Assembly (NCBI GenBank): GCA_013416795.1
Contig: RQSC01000020.1
Span: forward strand, 389,746 to 453,745
DNA length: 64,000 nucleotides
Reading direction: 5' to 3'
DNA from: Prasinococcaceae sp. CCMP 1430
Taxonomy: Eukaryota; Plantae; Prasinodermophyta
The notes under the pieces were generated by a model. The model was not told where the DNA came from, did no database searches, and was given only the letters and a program-made list of their open reading frames with translations. Each line of letters starts with the position of its first letter. Position 1 is the stretch's first letter. A program made the translations under genes and the position numbers. This document shows, piece after piece, positions 42,376 to 54,141 of the stretch.

Positions 42376-44230
42376 TCAGACCATCGAGTCGGAGCCGTCC
42401 CTGCCGCCGGGGCCCATACGCTCGTCGCCAATGCTAAATGACACGCGGGGCGTCAGGCTCGCAGGCGACTCGCCCGAGACGGAGCGCGAGTGCGTTGGGC
42501 GCGCGGATGACGACGCCCCGTGCAGCGGCGCGACGCTCATCGTCAGCGACCGCTGACGCGCGTGCCGAGCGCCGCCGGTGCCGACGCCCGAGGTCGAGGC
42601 AGTCCGTCGGTGCGCGACCTCGCCACGGCCCGCACTTACGCCCGCCTTCGCGGGCGAGGGCGAGGGAGCGCTCGTGGCGAAGTTGATGAGCTTGGCCGCC
42701 GCGAGCTGCAGCGGACTCATCGGCCCTGAGTCCTCCACGATGCTTGTGCTGCGCGAGCGACCATGCGTTGGCTTCGTCTGCGCCGCGGGCCTCGCCGCTC
42801 CAAAAGCATCCCCGCCGCTCGCCTTGCCGCTGCTCGCCTTGCCGGCGCCCATTTTGGCGCCGCTCGCCTTGCCGCCTCCGCTGCCACCGCGCACCGTCCC
42901 GCCACCGTTGTCGTCGCCCCTCTCCAGCCCAGGTGTGCGTGTTCCGCTGGTGCTGACGACCACCTGCCTGAGCGCCGTGAGCATGTCGGGTGTGGCGAGC
43001 TGCATGGCGGGCGGCGCGGCGTCGCTGGCGGGCGGGGCGCGCGCGAGGCCCGCGTTGCCCACTGCGCGCGAGACGACCTGTTCCCAGGGCTGGTCTGTAA
43101 GCTGCTGCAACGGCACCTCCGCTGCGTCGAGGTAGCGCGTGGCCGCGATGATGAGTAGCGTGGCCGCGCCCGCGTTGCACCCTGCGATGATGCCCAGCGC
43201 CACCGGCAGTGAGGTGGCCTTCTCGATGATGAGCCACACCACCAGCGCACCGTTGCCTAGCAGCGCGGCGAACACCATCAGCAGCTGCCCCAGCTTGAGC
43301 ACGAAGTAGCGTGCGCCCATGTGCTGCACGAGCGTCTGCAGTGCCGCGGCGTCGCTCGCCTTGGGCTCGCCGTCCGCGCTCTCCTCGCCGGGCGCGCCGC
43401 CCTCGCCCGCGGCCTGCGACACAACAACGCCGCCGCCGCCGCCGGTCGCGGGCGCCACCAGCGGCTCAAGGACGTCCTCCGCCGCCTCGGCGAGCGGGTC
43501 CTTCGCGGTCTGCTCGGCGGGCGCCGACGTGACGGTAGGCACGCCACCACCCACCCAGCCCTTGGTTGCGCTCGGCCAGCCGTGGCCGCCGCCCGCGTTC
43601 GCCTCGGCGACGCGCTCCAGCCAGCCCGAGGCGAGCGCCGCGGCGAAGGTATCGAACTGCGCGGCGTCGAGGGCGCCCGCGCCCGCGGTGTCGGCGACCG
43701 CGAAGGCCTCCACGGCGACGGCCGCCATGTACGAGCGGGCGGGAAGGGCCAGCGGCGGAGGCGGGGGTGCCTCGCCATGCTGCTCCGCGCGGGCGCACAA
43801 ACGTGCGAGGACGTCGAGCGCCTGTCAGCGATGCGCGCACCGGCGGCGAAGGCGGCACGCGCGGGCGCACGCGTCGGCCCGAGTGCGTACCTCGTCGCTC
43901 TTCCTGTCGGCGGCACCCGCAGCGTCGGCCTCGAGCTCAGCCAGACCCACGGCTATGAGCGCGTCGGCGGCAGCGACGGCGTTCATCGCCGCTTGCACGG
44001 CAGTCGCGCGGCTGACGCGCGGCAGCCGTGCGGAGCTCGAGGATGGCAGAGGGGCGGAGAGCAGCGCGAAGAGTGCAGCGGCGCGCGCGCGCTCGTCGCC
44101 GCGCGCGAGGCCCACAAGGGCGCACACCAGGCGCGCCGGGTCGACGGCGTCACCGCCGGCCTCGTCGGCGAGCGCACCACACAGAGCGGCCGCGAACGCG
44201 GGCGGGAGCGCGGTCGCGTCGGGCGCCATC
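42376..44230 (-). CDS. Hypothetical membrane protein with an EF-hand-like loop, two TM helices and a Ser/Gly-rich tail; intron ~43800-43890, start uncertain
   Basis: ORFs 42376..43800 and 43825..; 'AFAVADTAGAGALDAAQF' EF-hand-like; 'LLMVFAALLGNGALVVWLII' and 'VALGIIAGCNAGAATLLIIAA'. Confidence 0.5.
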
Positions 44231-44815
44231 GCGGCCACGGCTGCCGCGGCAGCTGTGGCAGCGACGCCAGCGCGGGCCGTGAGACGACGCCTGACCCCAA
44301 AAGCGTCTGTGTGCGATTTTCGCGCCTGCATCAGCGCGTGCGTGCACACGCGTGTGCACGCACGGGCGCTCATGCGCGCGCGCGCGCCCGCATGACCGGT
44401 CGGTTGCGCGGCGCCATACCCCGTGCGGCCGGCGCGGGGGTCGGGCGGCAGAGGCTTCGTCGACTCGGCCGACGAGGAGATTGGCGCCGAGTCGCAGCTC
44501 ATTGTTGTCAAGCTGACAGTCAAGATTACCGAGCGCGCCGGCAAGGGGGGGGCGTGAAGACTACCCGCAGGGAGGACGACGGTGTGGCGGGGCGGCGATC
44601 TCATGTGATGAGGCGGCGGGCTGGGCGAGGGCGCGCGCGACGGGGGCGCGCGCCCTCGCACCTCATCACACGCGCGCCGACACTCTAATGCCACGCAAAC
44701 GTTCGACAGGCAACGGGCGCTCCTCGAAGCACGCACGCGCTGCGGCCCTTCCTGGTCCATGCACCCTCTTTGCTTAAAGCGTGTGGTCGCGCGCGCATCG
44801 TGCACTCGGCCCGGC

Positions 44816-45916
44816 CTACTGGCGGCGCTTGAGGAAGCTAGGGATGTCCACGCCGCCAAAGCCGCCACGCGGCTCCGGCTGCGGCACCGACACGTTCCCC
44901 CCCTGCGGCGCCGCGGGCACAGCGCTGTCGCCATAGACGCCCGCGGCGCCGGCCTGCACGCCGTACGCGGCGGCGCCCAGCGTGGCCGCGTCGACCGGCG
45001 AGCCCTCGCCGAAGCCGGTGGCGATAAGCGTGATCGCCACCTCGTTGTCCATGTCCTCATCGACCACGGCGCCGAAGATGAGGTTGGCGTTGGGGTCGAC
45101 AAGCTCGTAGATGATCTCGGCAGCCTCGTTGACCTCGTGCAGGCTGAGGTCGGAGCCGCCGGTGATGTTCCAGACGATGCCCGTGGCGCGCTCGATGCCC
45201 ACGTCGAGGAGCGGGCTCGAGATGGCCGCGATGGCCGCGTCCCTGGCGCGGCTCTTGCCGCTGCCCAGGCCGATGCCCATGAGGCTCGAGCCCGCGTCGG
45301 CCATCACCGCCCTCACGTCGGCGAAGTCGACGTTGACGAGGCCGGGGACGGTGATGATGTCCGAGATGCCGCGCACTCCCTGGCGCAGGATGTCGTCCGC
45401 GTACTTGAATGCCTCCTTGACGGGCGTGTTCTGCGCGACGGTGGTGAGGAGCCGATCGTTGGGGATGACAATGAGCGTGTCGACGGCGGCGCGCAGCGCC
45501 TGCATAGCGTCCATGGCCTGCGTGGAGCGCCGCCGGCCCTCGAAGGAGAAGGGCGTGGTGACGATGCCCACGGTGAGCACGCCCATCGCCTTGGCCGTCG
45601 CCGCGACCACCGGCGCGGCGCCCGAGCCCGTGCCGCCGCCCATGCCCGCCGTGACGAACACCATGTCCGCGCCGGCCACCGCCTGCTCGATCAGCTGTTG
45701 GCTCTCCACCGCCGCACGGCTGCCAATCTCCGGGTTGCCGCCCGCGCCAAGCCCGCGCGTGAGCTGCTCGCCGATCTGGATGCGGTTTTCTGCCACCAAG
45801 GGGCTCTCGTCGAGCGCCTGCGCGTCCGTGTTCACCACCCAGAACTCGATGTTGCTGATGTCGCTGGCGAGCATGCGGTTCACCGCGTTGCTGCCGCCGC
45901 CGCCCACGCCGATAAC
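44816..45916 (-). CDS. ftsZ2: Plastid division protein FtsZ2 (GTPase exon; the transit-peptide exon is absent)
   Basis: [52 protein letters not shown], and the C-terminal core motif [10 protein letters not shown] typical of FtsZ2; preceded by a CTGAC...CAG acceptor. Confidence 0.97.
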   Translation of the reverse strand, partial: VIGVGGGGSNAVNRMLASDISNIEFWVVNTDAQALDESPLVAENRIQIGEQLTRGLGAGGNPEIGSRAAVESQQLIEQAVAGADMVFVTAGMGGGTGSGAAPVVAATAKAMGVLTVGIVTTPFSFEGRRRSTQAMDAMQALRAAVDTLIVIPNDRLLTTVAQNTPVKEAFKYADDILRQGVRGISDIITVPGLVNVDFADVRAVMADAGSSLMGIGLGSGKSRARDAAIAAISSPLLDVGIERATGIVWNITGGSDLSLHEVNEAAEIIYELVDPNANLIFGAVVDEDMDNEVAITLIATGFGEGSPVDAATLGAAAYGVQAGAAGVYGDSAVPAAPQGGNVSVPQPEPRGGFGGVDIPSFLKRRQ

Positions 45917-45949
45917 CTGCGCAGGCGCGGCGCGGCGGACGTCAGCGCC

Positions 45950-46548
45950 TCGGCGCGCTGCGCGCGCATCATTTCGTCGCACGCGATATTGGATGCGAGG
46001 CCCGCCGCCCACACCGCCGCACCGAAGGCGAACTCGCGGCTCGTAAGGTGGCCCTGCGCGTACTCGGCGTGGGCGCCCAGCCATGCGCCGTTGATGAACG
46101 CATTCATGGTGTTGAAGGCAGCGGCCAGCACCGCGACGAGCATGGGCATCGTGGGCGTTTGCGGCCCCTGCGCGAGCGTAGGCCAGCCGTACGCCCGCAC
46201 GGGGTAAATGAAGGATCGGTAGGTGTAGTGCACGAGCCAGAGCACCGCGAGCACGCTGCGCGTATCGGCGAACGCGAATGCTGCGTCGCCCGCCGACGCA
46301 CAGTACACCCATAGGAACCACCACACGCTCACGGCCTCCATCACCATCCATCCCAGCGCTGCAGACATGCGCGGTCCCCACGCTGCCGCCGCCGTGTCGT
46401 GCCTGCCGTACGGCGCCTTGACGAGCGCCGTGGCGACAGCCGTGACGCACGCGGCGGCGACCTCGCACGAGATGGCACGCTCCACGAAGGCTGCGCTCGT
46501 CGCGCGGGCCGCCACCGCCGCGTGAGCCGAGCGCAGCGCCCCCTGCAT
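45950..46548 (-). CDS. DET2: Steroid 5-alpha-reductase (DET2/SRD5A-like), C-terminally truncated
   Basis: [29 protein letters not shown]...NIACDEMMR; the expected Y.IP.GG.F..VS.PNY.GE tail is absent. Confidence 0.8.
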
Positions 46549-47542
46549 CGCGACCGCACTGGCAGCGCGCACCACGCACGAACTAGGCCGGAAGGACGGG
46601 GGGAGGGCAAAACGGTTGGAGGCCCGGGGNNNNNNNNNNNNNNNNNNNNNNNNNNNNNNNNNNNNNNNNNNNNNNNNNNNNNNNNNNNNNNNNNNNNNNN
46701 NNNNNNNNNNNNNNNNNNNNNNNNNNNNNNNNNNNNNNNNNNNNNNNNNNNNNNNNNNNNNNNNNNNNNNNNNNNNNNNNNNNNNNNNNNNNNNNNNNNN
46801 NNNNNNNNNNNNNNNNNNNNNNNNNNNNNNNNNNNNNNNNNNNNNNNNNNNNNNNNNNNNNNNNNNNNNNNNNNNNNNNNNNNNNNNNNNNNNNNNNNNN
46901 NNNNNNNNNNNNNNNNNNNNNNNNNNNNNNNNNNNNNNNNNNNNNNNNNNNNNNNNNNNNNNNNNNNNNNNNNNNNNNNNNNNNNNNNNNNNNNNNNNNN
47001 NNNNNNNNNNNNNNNNNNNNNNNNNNNNNNNNNNNNNNNNNNNNNNNNNNNNNNNNNNNNNNNNNNNNNNNNNNNNNNNNNNNNNNNNNNNNNNNNNNNN
47101 NNNNNNNNNNNNNNNNNNNNNNNNNNNNNNNNNNNNNNNNNNNNNNNNNNNNNNNNNNNNNNNNNNNNNNNNNNNNNNNNNNNNNNNNNNNNNNNNNNNN
47201 NNNNNNNNNNNNNNNNNNNNNNNNNNNNNNNNNNNNNNNNNNNNNNNNNNNNNNNNNNNNNNNNNNNNNNNNNNNNNNNNNNNNNNNNNNNNNNNNNNNN
47301 NNNNNNNNNNNNNNNNNNNNNNNNNNNNNNNNNNNNNNNNNNNNNNNNNNNNNNNNNNNNNNNNNNNNNNNNNNNNNNNNNNNNNNNNNNNNNNNNNNNN
47401 NNNNNNNNNNNNNNNNNNNNNNNNNNNNNNNNNNNNNNNNNNNNNNNNNNNNNNNNNNNNNNNNNNNNNNNNNNNNNNNNNNNNNNNNNNNNNNNNNNNN
47501 NNNNNNNNNNNNNNNNNNNNNNNNNNNNNNNNNNNNNNNNNN

Positions 47543-47599
<57 letters not shown>

Positions 47600-47676
47600 G
47601 CACGCACACACGCGCACACGCGCGCGCTGCGTGGCGTGAGCGCTCGCTGACCCGCGGCGGGGGGCGGGGGCCGCAG

Positions 47677-47929
47677 CGGCGTCACATGACTGCGCCACTC
47701 AGTGCCCCACCTCCCTCACCTCCTCCTCCGCCTCCGTCCCCTCGACGGCGCTCTCCGCGACTGCCGAGGCCGCCGTCGAGGCGCTGCACGATGCCGTGAC
47801 GCGGTACTACCGCGGCGCCGCCAAGGTGGACGCTCTCGTCGGTGAGGATGCCATGCACCCGGACTTCACGCTGGTACGCGCGAGGGATTGGGCGTGCGGG
47901 CGCGCGCGCGCGTGTGTGTGCGTGCGTGC

Positions 47930-47966
<37 letters not shown>

Positions 47967-47982
47967 CGTGTGCGTGTGTGTG

Positions 47983-48023
<41 letters not shown>

Positions 48024-48704
48024 GTGTGTGTGTGTGTGTGTGTGCGCGCGCGCGCGCACGCGCGCGCCTGCGCGTGTGCGCACACGTGCACGCGCATGCG
48101 CGTGAGTGTGCGCCGCGTGTCAGCACACACACACACCCGCCCTGACGCCGCGCGCGGCACCGCGCAGGTTCTCCCCGCGGACGCCGACCCGTCGGGGCGC
48201 CTCGTGTCCGCCGCGGAGGCCCGCGAGATGTTCGCGCCCGGCGGCAGGGCGCCGCGCCCCGACCAGTCGTTCAGCACGCGAGCCACAGGTGCGTGTGTGT
48301 GCGCGCACACACACACGCACACACGCACGCACGCACGCACGCGCACACGCACGAGGGGTTCTCTCGCACACGTGCGACAGCACTCGTACACGCACGCGCA
48401 CGCGTGCACCAACGTGCACACGTGTGCACACGCGCTCACACGCGCGCACTTACGCATGCGCACAAACCGCGCGCGCGCGCGCGCGCGCGCGCGCGCGCAC
48501 AAACTCACACACATGCGCCGGCGCAGACGTGCGCGTCGTGGCCGCGACCGAGGGCGCGCTGGTGGCGACCTTCGTCGAGGAGCAGCGCGCGGGCGCGCGC
48601 GGCGCGCGGCGGCGAGGCGGCGCACGACGGCGGTCTTCGTGCCGCGCGCGGGCGGCGGCGGCGGCTACGTGCTCAGGCACATGCACGAGAGCGCCGTCAC
48701 ATGA
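47677..48704 (+). CDS. SnoaL/NTF2-like (DUF4440-type) small protein; exons 47677-47873, 48168-48288, 48527-48704; 5' exon in the gap; apparent frameshift near 48600
   Basis: VEALHDAVTRYY, MHPDFTLV...G, VATFVEEQ, RRTTAVF...LRHMHES. Confidence 0.6.
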
Positions 48705-48817
48705 CACACAAACATACACAAACACGCACACACGCGCGCGCGCGCGCGCGCGCGCGCGCGCACGCGGGCGCGAATTGCAACCTTATCGCCACGTGCTACG
48801 CCCACGCCCGCGCGCGC

Positions 48818-49375
48818 TCACGCCTTGGCGAGCTTGTCGATGGCCGCCTTGTCGGGCATGGCCAGCATGAAGTCCCACAGGCCCGCCACGTCCTCGGCGC
48901 GCGTTGACACCGCGGCGACGCCGCGCTGGGCGCTCCACTTGCACAGGAGGCGCCTGGCGAGGATGCGTGGGCGTAAGTGTGTGTGTGTGTGTGCGTGTGC
49001 GCGCGCGCGCGCGGCGTCAGCGGAACGCTCTCTCGCCTGCACGCGCCCCGAGACAGATACGCGTGCTGGTGCACATGCGCATACACACGAGCGCGCGCGC
49101 GCACACACACGCCCACGCGCGCACACACCTGGCGTCCACCCCGTTGAAGCGCTCGGCGACCTCTGCGACCTCCGGCAGCTCGGCGTCCGCGTCGGTGCCG
49201 TCCTCGCCGAGCGGCGCCGTCGAGAGCAGCGCGAGGCCGTGGCGGCGGCAGAGGCCGCACAGGCGCCGCCGCGCGGCGCGCGCGCACAGCGGCGCCGCAA
49301 AGAGCGCCGGCGCGTGGAGGGAGGAAGAGGACGCGCACGCGCCCATCAGCTGCGGGGGCGGGCGCGCGGGCGGTG

Positions 49376-49433
<58 letters not shown>

Positions 49434-50639
49434 AAGTGGGAGCGTTAGCGATCCGTGAGTGACATGCGTGGGTGGGTGTGCGCGTGCGTGCGTGTGCGCG
49501 CGTGTGCGCAAGCGCCTGCGACCGCGCGTACCTCCGCGAGCGCCGCCTCGTCGATGTCGGACACGCCGAGCGCGCCGCACAGCCCCTCGTCGAGTAGCGC
49601 GCTGGCGCCCGCCCAGTGCGCGCTCGACGCCGCGGCGCCAGCCACCACCACCGCGTCCACGCGCGCCACGCTGCCGCCCAACGCCTTCAGCGCGGCGCGC
49701 GCGCACGCCACAACGGCCTCGCCGCCGCGCGCAAGCTCCTCCGACCCCGGCGCGAGCGCCAGCGCCACGAAGGCCTCGGCGGGTGCCGCGGCGAGCGCGG
49801 CGGCGGCCGACGAGTCGGCAGCGGAGACGTACACCAGAAAGGGGGCGCCTGGGGAGGACGCGGAGAGGGCGCGCACGGCATCGGCAGTAGCGCCCTGTAT
49901 GCGTGTGTGTGCGCGTGCGTCAGCGCTTCCCGGACGCCTGCACGTCGCGCCATTCTCTCTCTCTCTCTCTCTCTCCCTCTCTCTCTCTGTCGTCCCGTCC
50001 GTTCGCGCACACATATGCACGCGGCCGCACGCACGTCCACACACGCGCACGCACGTACACACGCGCACGCTCGCACGCGCACACACACGCACGCGGCCTG
50101 GCGCGTCACGTACGCCCTCCCCTCCAACGCGCAGCCCGCTGAGCGGCATCCTGGCGCCCCCCGTGAGCGCCACGTTGCGCGTGCTCTTGTCGGCGCCGCG
50201 GTAGTCCTCGTGGGCGTGGTCGTACGTGGGCAGGCCCTTGCCCGTCGCGCCGGGGCCGTACCAAGTGCCGCTCGCGTACGGCTTGTCGGGACGCGCGTTG
50301 CCCTCCACGCCAGGCTGTGTGTGCGTATGCGTGTGCGTGTGTGTGTGTGTGTGTACAAGCGCTCGTGCGTGTGCACGAGCGCGTGGCGTGTGAGCGGACA
50401 GGGGAGAGGAGGTGTCTGCTCGCGAGGCGCGCGCGCGCACGCGCGCGCGCACACGCATGACGCGCGCGCACCTGCGCCCTGGGCGTCGGCTTTCCCTTGG
50501 CGGCGCGCGCCGCGGCGCCCTCTGGCGGCTGCCCGCCCTCGAGCGACGCGCAGTAGAGCTGGCCCTGCCCCGGCAGGTAGTGGTACATCGAGCGCAGCAG
50601 CTCGCCCTCGTTGAGCCGCTGGTTGCCGTCGGACGCCAT
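48818..50639 (-). CDS. Divergent aldo-keto-reductase-fold protein; exons 50639-50472, 50314-50114, 49894-49532, 49349-49129, 48953-48818
   Basis: AKR landmarks L.GGARMPLSGL, W.....LLDEGLCGALGVSD, LCRRHGL....APLG, PEVAEVAERF, LLCKWSAQRGV, WDF.L...DKAAID.L. Confidence 0.7.
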
Positions 50640-51315
50640 CGCTTCGGCGGCGGTGGCCGGAGGGGGGCGCGGGCGCCTGGCGCGGTGTGGCCGCCGCCAC
50701 ACACGCGCACGCCAGCGCACGTCCGCGCGCGCACACACACACACGCACACACGCACACGCACACGCACGCAGCGCGCGCACGGACGCGCACGCACACGTG
50801 GCGAGTGCGCGCGCGCGCGCGCCCCTCCCGAAACCCTCACCTCCCATCGGGTGCATTTTCATGTGCACTGTAAACCCTTCTTGTCTTAAGCCCTAATCGC
50901 GCGCGCCGCGGCGCGCCGCGCGGGCGGCAGAGGTGGGCTGGGGTCGACGTGTGCGTGTGTGCGTGCGTGTGTGTGTGTGTGAGTGTGTGTGTGTGTGTCT
51001 GTGTGTGTGTCTGCGCCCGCGTGCGTGTGTGTGTGCGTGTGTGTGTGTGTGTGTGTGCCTGTGTGTGTGCGTGTGTGCCTGTGCGTGTGTGCGCGCGCGC
51101 GTGTGTGTGGGTGTGGGTGGGTGCGTGTGTGTGCGTGTGCGTGTGTGTGCACGTGTGTGCGTGAACCCCATGATTGTCGTGTGAGGTGTGTGGTGGTGTG
51201 TGTGTGCGCGCACTCGCTCTCGCTCTCTCTGGCGTGCGCTGGCTGTGTGTGCGCGCGCGGTGCCACAGCTCCCGCTCCCTCGCCCGCGCTCGCGCGCGCG
51301 CTGCGAGCGAGCGCG

Positions 51316-51669
51316 ATGGCTGCGGCGGCGGCGGCGNNNNNNNNNNNNNNNNNNNNNNNNNNNNNNNNNNNNNNNNNNNNNNNNNNNNNNNNNNNNNNNN
51401 NNNNNNNNNNNNNNNNNNNNNNNNNNNNNNNNNNNNNNNNNNNNNNNNNNNNNNNNNNNNNNNNNNNNNNNNNNGGGGGGGGTCGTATGTGCGCGGGGGA
51501 GGGCGGTGTGCCCCGCGTGCGCGTGCTCGTGAACCCGCAAGTGCGTGCGTGCATGGGTGCTTGCGCCGCGATCGCGTGGGAGCTCTGCGCACGCGCGCAC
51601 GCCCTGACGCCCTCCATCCTATCTCCCCACGCACACACACTCGCACGCGCGCGCGCATGCACACACGCG

Positions 51670-51710
<41 letters not shown>

Positions 51711-51870
51711 ACACACCAGGCCGAGATGGAGCTTGACTCGTCCGAGTGGGAGCTCCTCCGCGCGGGCAACCCCGGCGTGCCGAGCGTCCCCGAGTGGCTG
51801 TGCTCGCGCCTCCCCGCGGGCGCGAGCGTCGGCTTCGACCCGTCGGTGCACTCGCAGGTGCGTATTTGTG

Positions 51871-51922
<52 letters not shown>

Positions 51923-54047
51923 CGCGCGCGCGCGCGCGCGCGCGCATGTTTGCGCGTGCGCCTACGTCCGTGTGCGCGTGCGCACACACGCGAGCATTCG
52001 CACACACGCACACGCATACGCGCACGCGCACCCACACGCGCGCAAGATCACAGGGATGCACGCGAACGCGTGCACAGGCCCGCAGGCGCGCACGCCGACA
52101 ACTGACCCACGCGCGCTCGTGCAGGCGGACGCCGAGGGCCTTCGCGCGTCGCTCGCTGGCGCGGGCATCGGCCTCGTGGCGCTCGCGGACAACCCCGTGG
52201 ACGGCGTGTGGGGCGCGGCGCGGCCCGCGGCGCCCGCGTCCGCCTCGGCGGCGCAAACGCCAAGCAGCGCAAGCGCTCGCCAACGCGGGCGCGCCCGCGC
52301 GCGACAAGCTGCGCGCGCTCGCGCGCGAGTGCGGCGCGCAGGGCGCCGACGCGCTCGTGCTCAGCGCTCTCGACGAGGTCGCGTGGGCGCTCAACCTGCG
52401 CGGGGCCGACGTGCCGCACTGCCCCGTCGTGCTCGCGTACGCCATCGTGCGCGCAGACGCAAGCGCAGGAGACAACGCCGGCGCGTACGTGCGCGCACGC
52501 GCGCGTGCGCACGTGTGTGCTTGCGTGCGTGCGCTCTCGCGTGCTCGCGTGCTCGCGCGTGCGCGTGTGCGCGTGTGACCTGACCCGCACACACCACGGA
52601 CACCAACGCACGCAGCGACGAGGGGACGCCCGCCGCGACGCTGTACGTCGACGAGGCCAAGCTGGGCGACGAGGTGCGTGCGCACCTGGAGGCGTCGGGC
52701 GTGGCGGTGCGGCCGTACGCGACGGCGTGCGGCGACCTGCGCGACCTGGCGCGCTCGGGCGCGCGCGCGTGGCTGGACCCGTCGACGGCGTCGGCGGCGC
52801 TCTTCGCCGCCGCCGAGGCGGGCGCCGCCGCGCGCGCGGGTGCGGCGTTCGCGCGCGCCAAGAAGGCGAGGGGCAACGTGGGCTACGAGAGCAAGGAAGG
52901 AGCCGAGGCGGCCGCAGCCGAGGAGGCCGTGCTGCGCGCCCCCTCCCCCGTGGCGCTCGCCAAGGCGCTGAAGAACGACGCGGAGCTCGCCGGCATGCAC
53001 GCGTGCCACGCGCGCGACGGTGCGGCCGTCGTGCGCTTCCTGTCCTGGCTGCAGGGCGCCGTCGACGCCGGCGAGGCGCTCGACGAGTGCTCGGTGGCCG
53101 ACGTCCTCGAGGGCTTCCGCGCCAAGGACCCGCTCTTCCGCAGCCTCTCTTTCGACACCATCGCCGGCGCTGGACCCAACGGCGCCATCATCCACTACCG
53201 GGCCGAGCCGTCCAGCTGCCGCGGCCTGCGCGCGGGCGAGCTCTTCCTGCTGGACAGCGGCGCGCAGTACGAGGACGGCACGACGGACGTCACGCGCACG
53301 GTGCAAGTGGGCAGCGGCGCGGCGGATCCCTTCCACTCGGCGTGCTTCACCGCGGTTCTCAAGGGCAACATCGCGCTCGACTCCGCTATCTTCCCCGAGG
53401 GCACGCCGGGCTTCGCGCTGGACTCGTTCGCGCGGCAGGCGCTGTGGCGCGCGGGGTTGGACTACCGCCACGGCACGGGCCACGGCGTGGGCGCCGCACT
53501 GAACGTGCATGAGGGCCCTCAGTCCATCTCGCCGCGCTGGGGCAACACCACGCCGCTGCAGAGCGGCATGGTGCTCTCTAACGAGCCCGGCTACTATGGT
53601 GCGAGCGCGCGCAAATCCCCCCCCCTCCCCCCCGGCTCATATGCGCAGCAGCACTCGCCTGCCGACGCTAACGGTACGCGCGTGCGCGCACACACACACA
53701 TAGAGGACGGGAGCTTTGGCATCCGCATCGAGAATCTGCTCGTGGTCCGCGAGGCGAAGACGGAGCACAATTTCGGCGGCAAGACCTACCTGGGCTTTGA
53801 GCGCCTCACGCACATTCCCATTCAGAAGGCGCTCATCGACGTGGCCTTGCTCACGACCGAGGAGGCCGACTGGGTGGACGCTTACCACGCCGACGTGTAC
53901 GCACTCATCGCGCCGCTGCTCGAGGACGACGAGGAGGACGCGAGCGCGCTGGCCTTCCTGAAGGAGGCCACCGCGCCGCTCGATCGCGAGGGTCAAGGGA
54001 GCGCCATCCGCGGCGCGCCCGCGCTCGTCGGCGCCGCACGGGAGTAA
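51316..54047 (+). CDS. Xaa-Pro aminopeptidase (aminopeptidase P, M24B), multi-exon, partly in an N gap
   Basis: VGFDP, LDEVAWALNLRGADVPHCPV, KALKNDAE, SFDTI.G.GPNGAIIHY, DSGAQYEDGTTDVTRT, HGTGHGVG..LNVHEGP, SNEPGYY|EDGSFGIRIEN. Confidence 0.95.
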
Positions 54048-54141
54048 TTTTTTGTCGCTGGCCGCACGCACGCACGCGCGCGCGCGCGCGCGCGCGCGTG
54101 AGTCTACCTATGTACAGTATTAAGAGAGCGGGCGCGCGCAG

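Noticed and set aside
44816-46579. 587-aa ORF as a full-length FtsZ with a long N-terminal extension
   Set aside because: The upstream 220 aa are an off-frame reading of the DET2-like gene; FtsZ similarity starts at a splice acceptor (45916).
45880-47799. ORFs spanning the N gaps (also 60910-62283)
   Set aside because: Artefacts of translating through Ns; the frames across the gaps are unknown.
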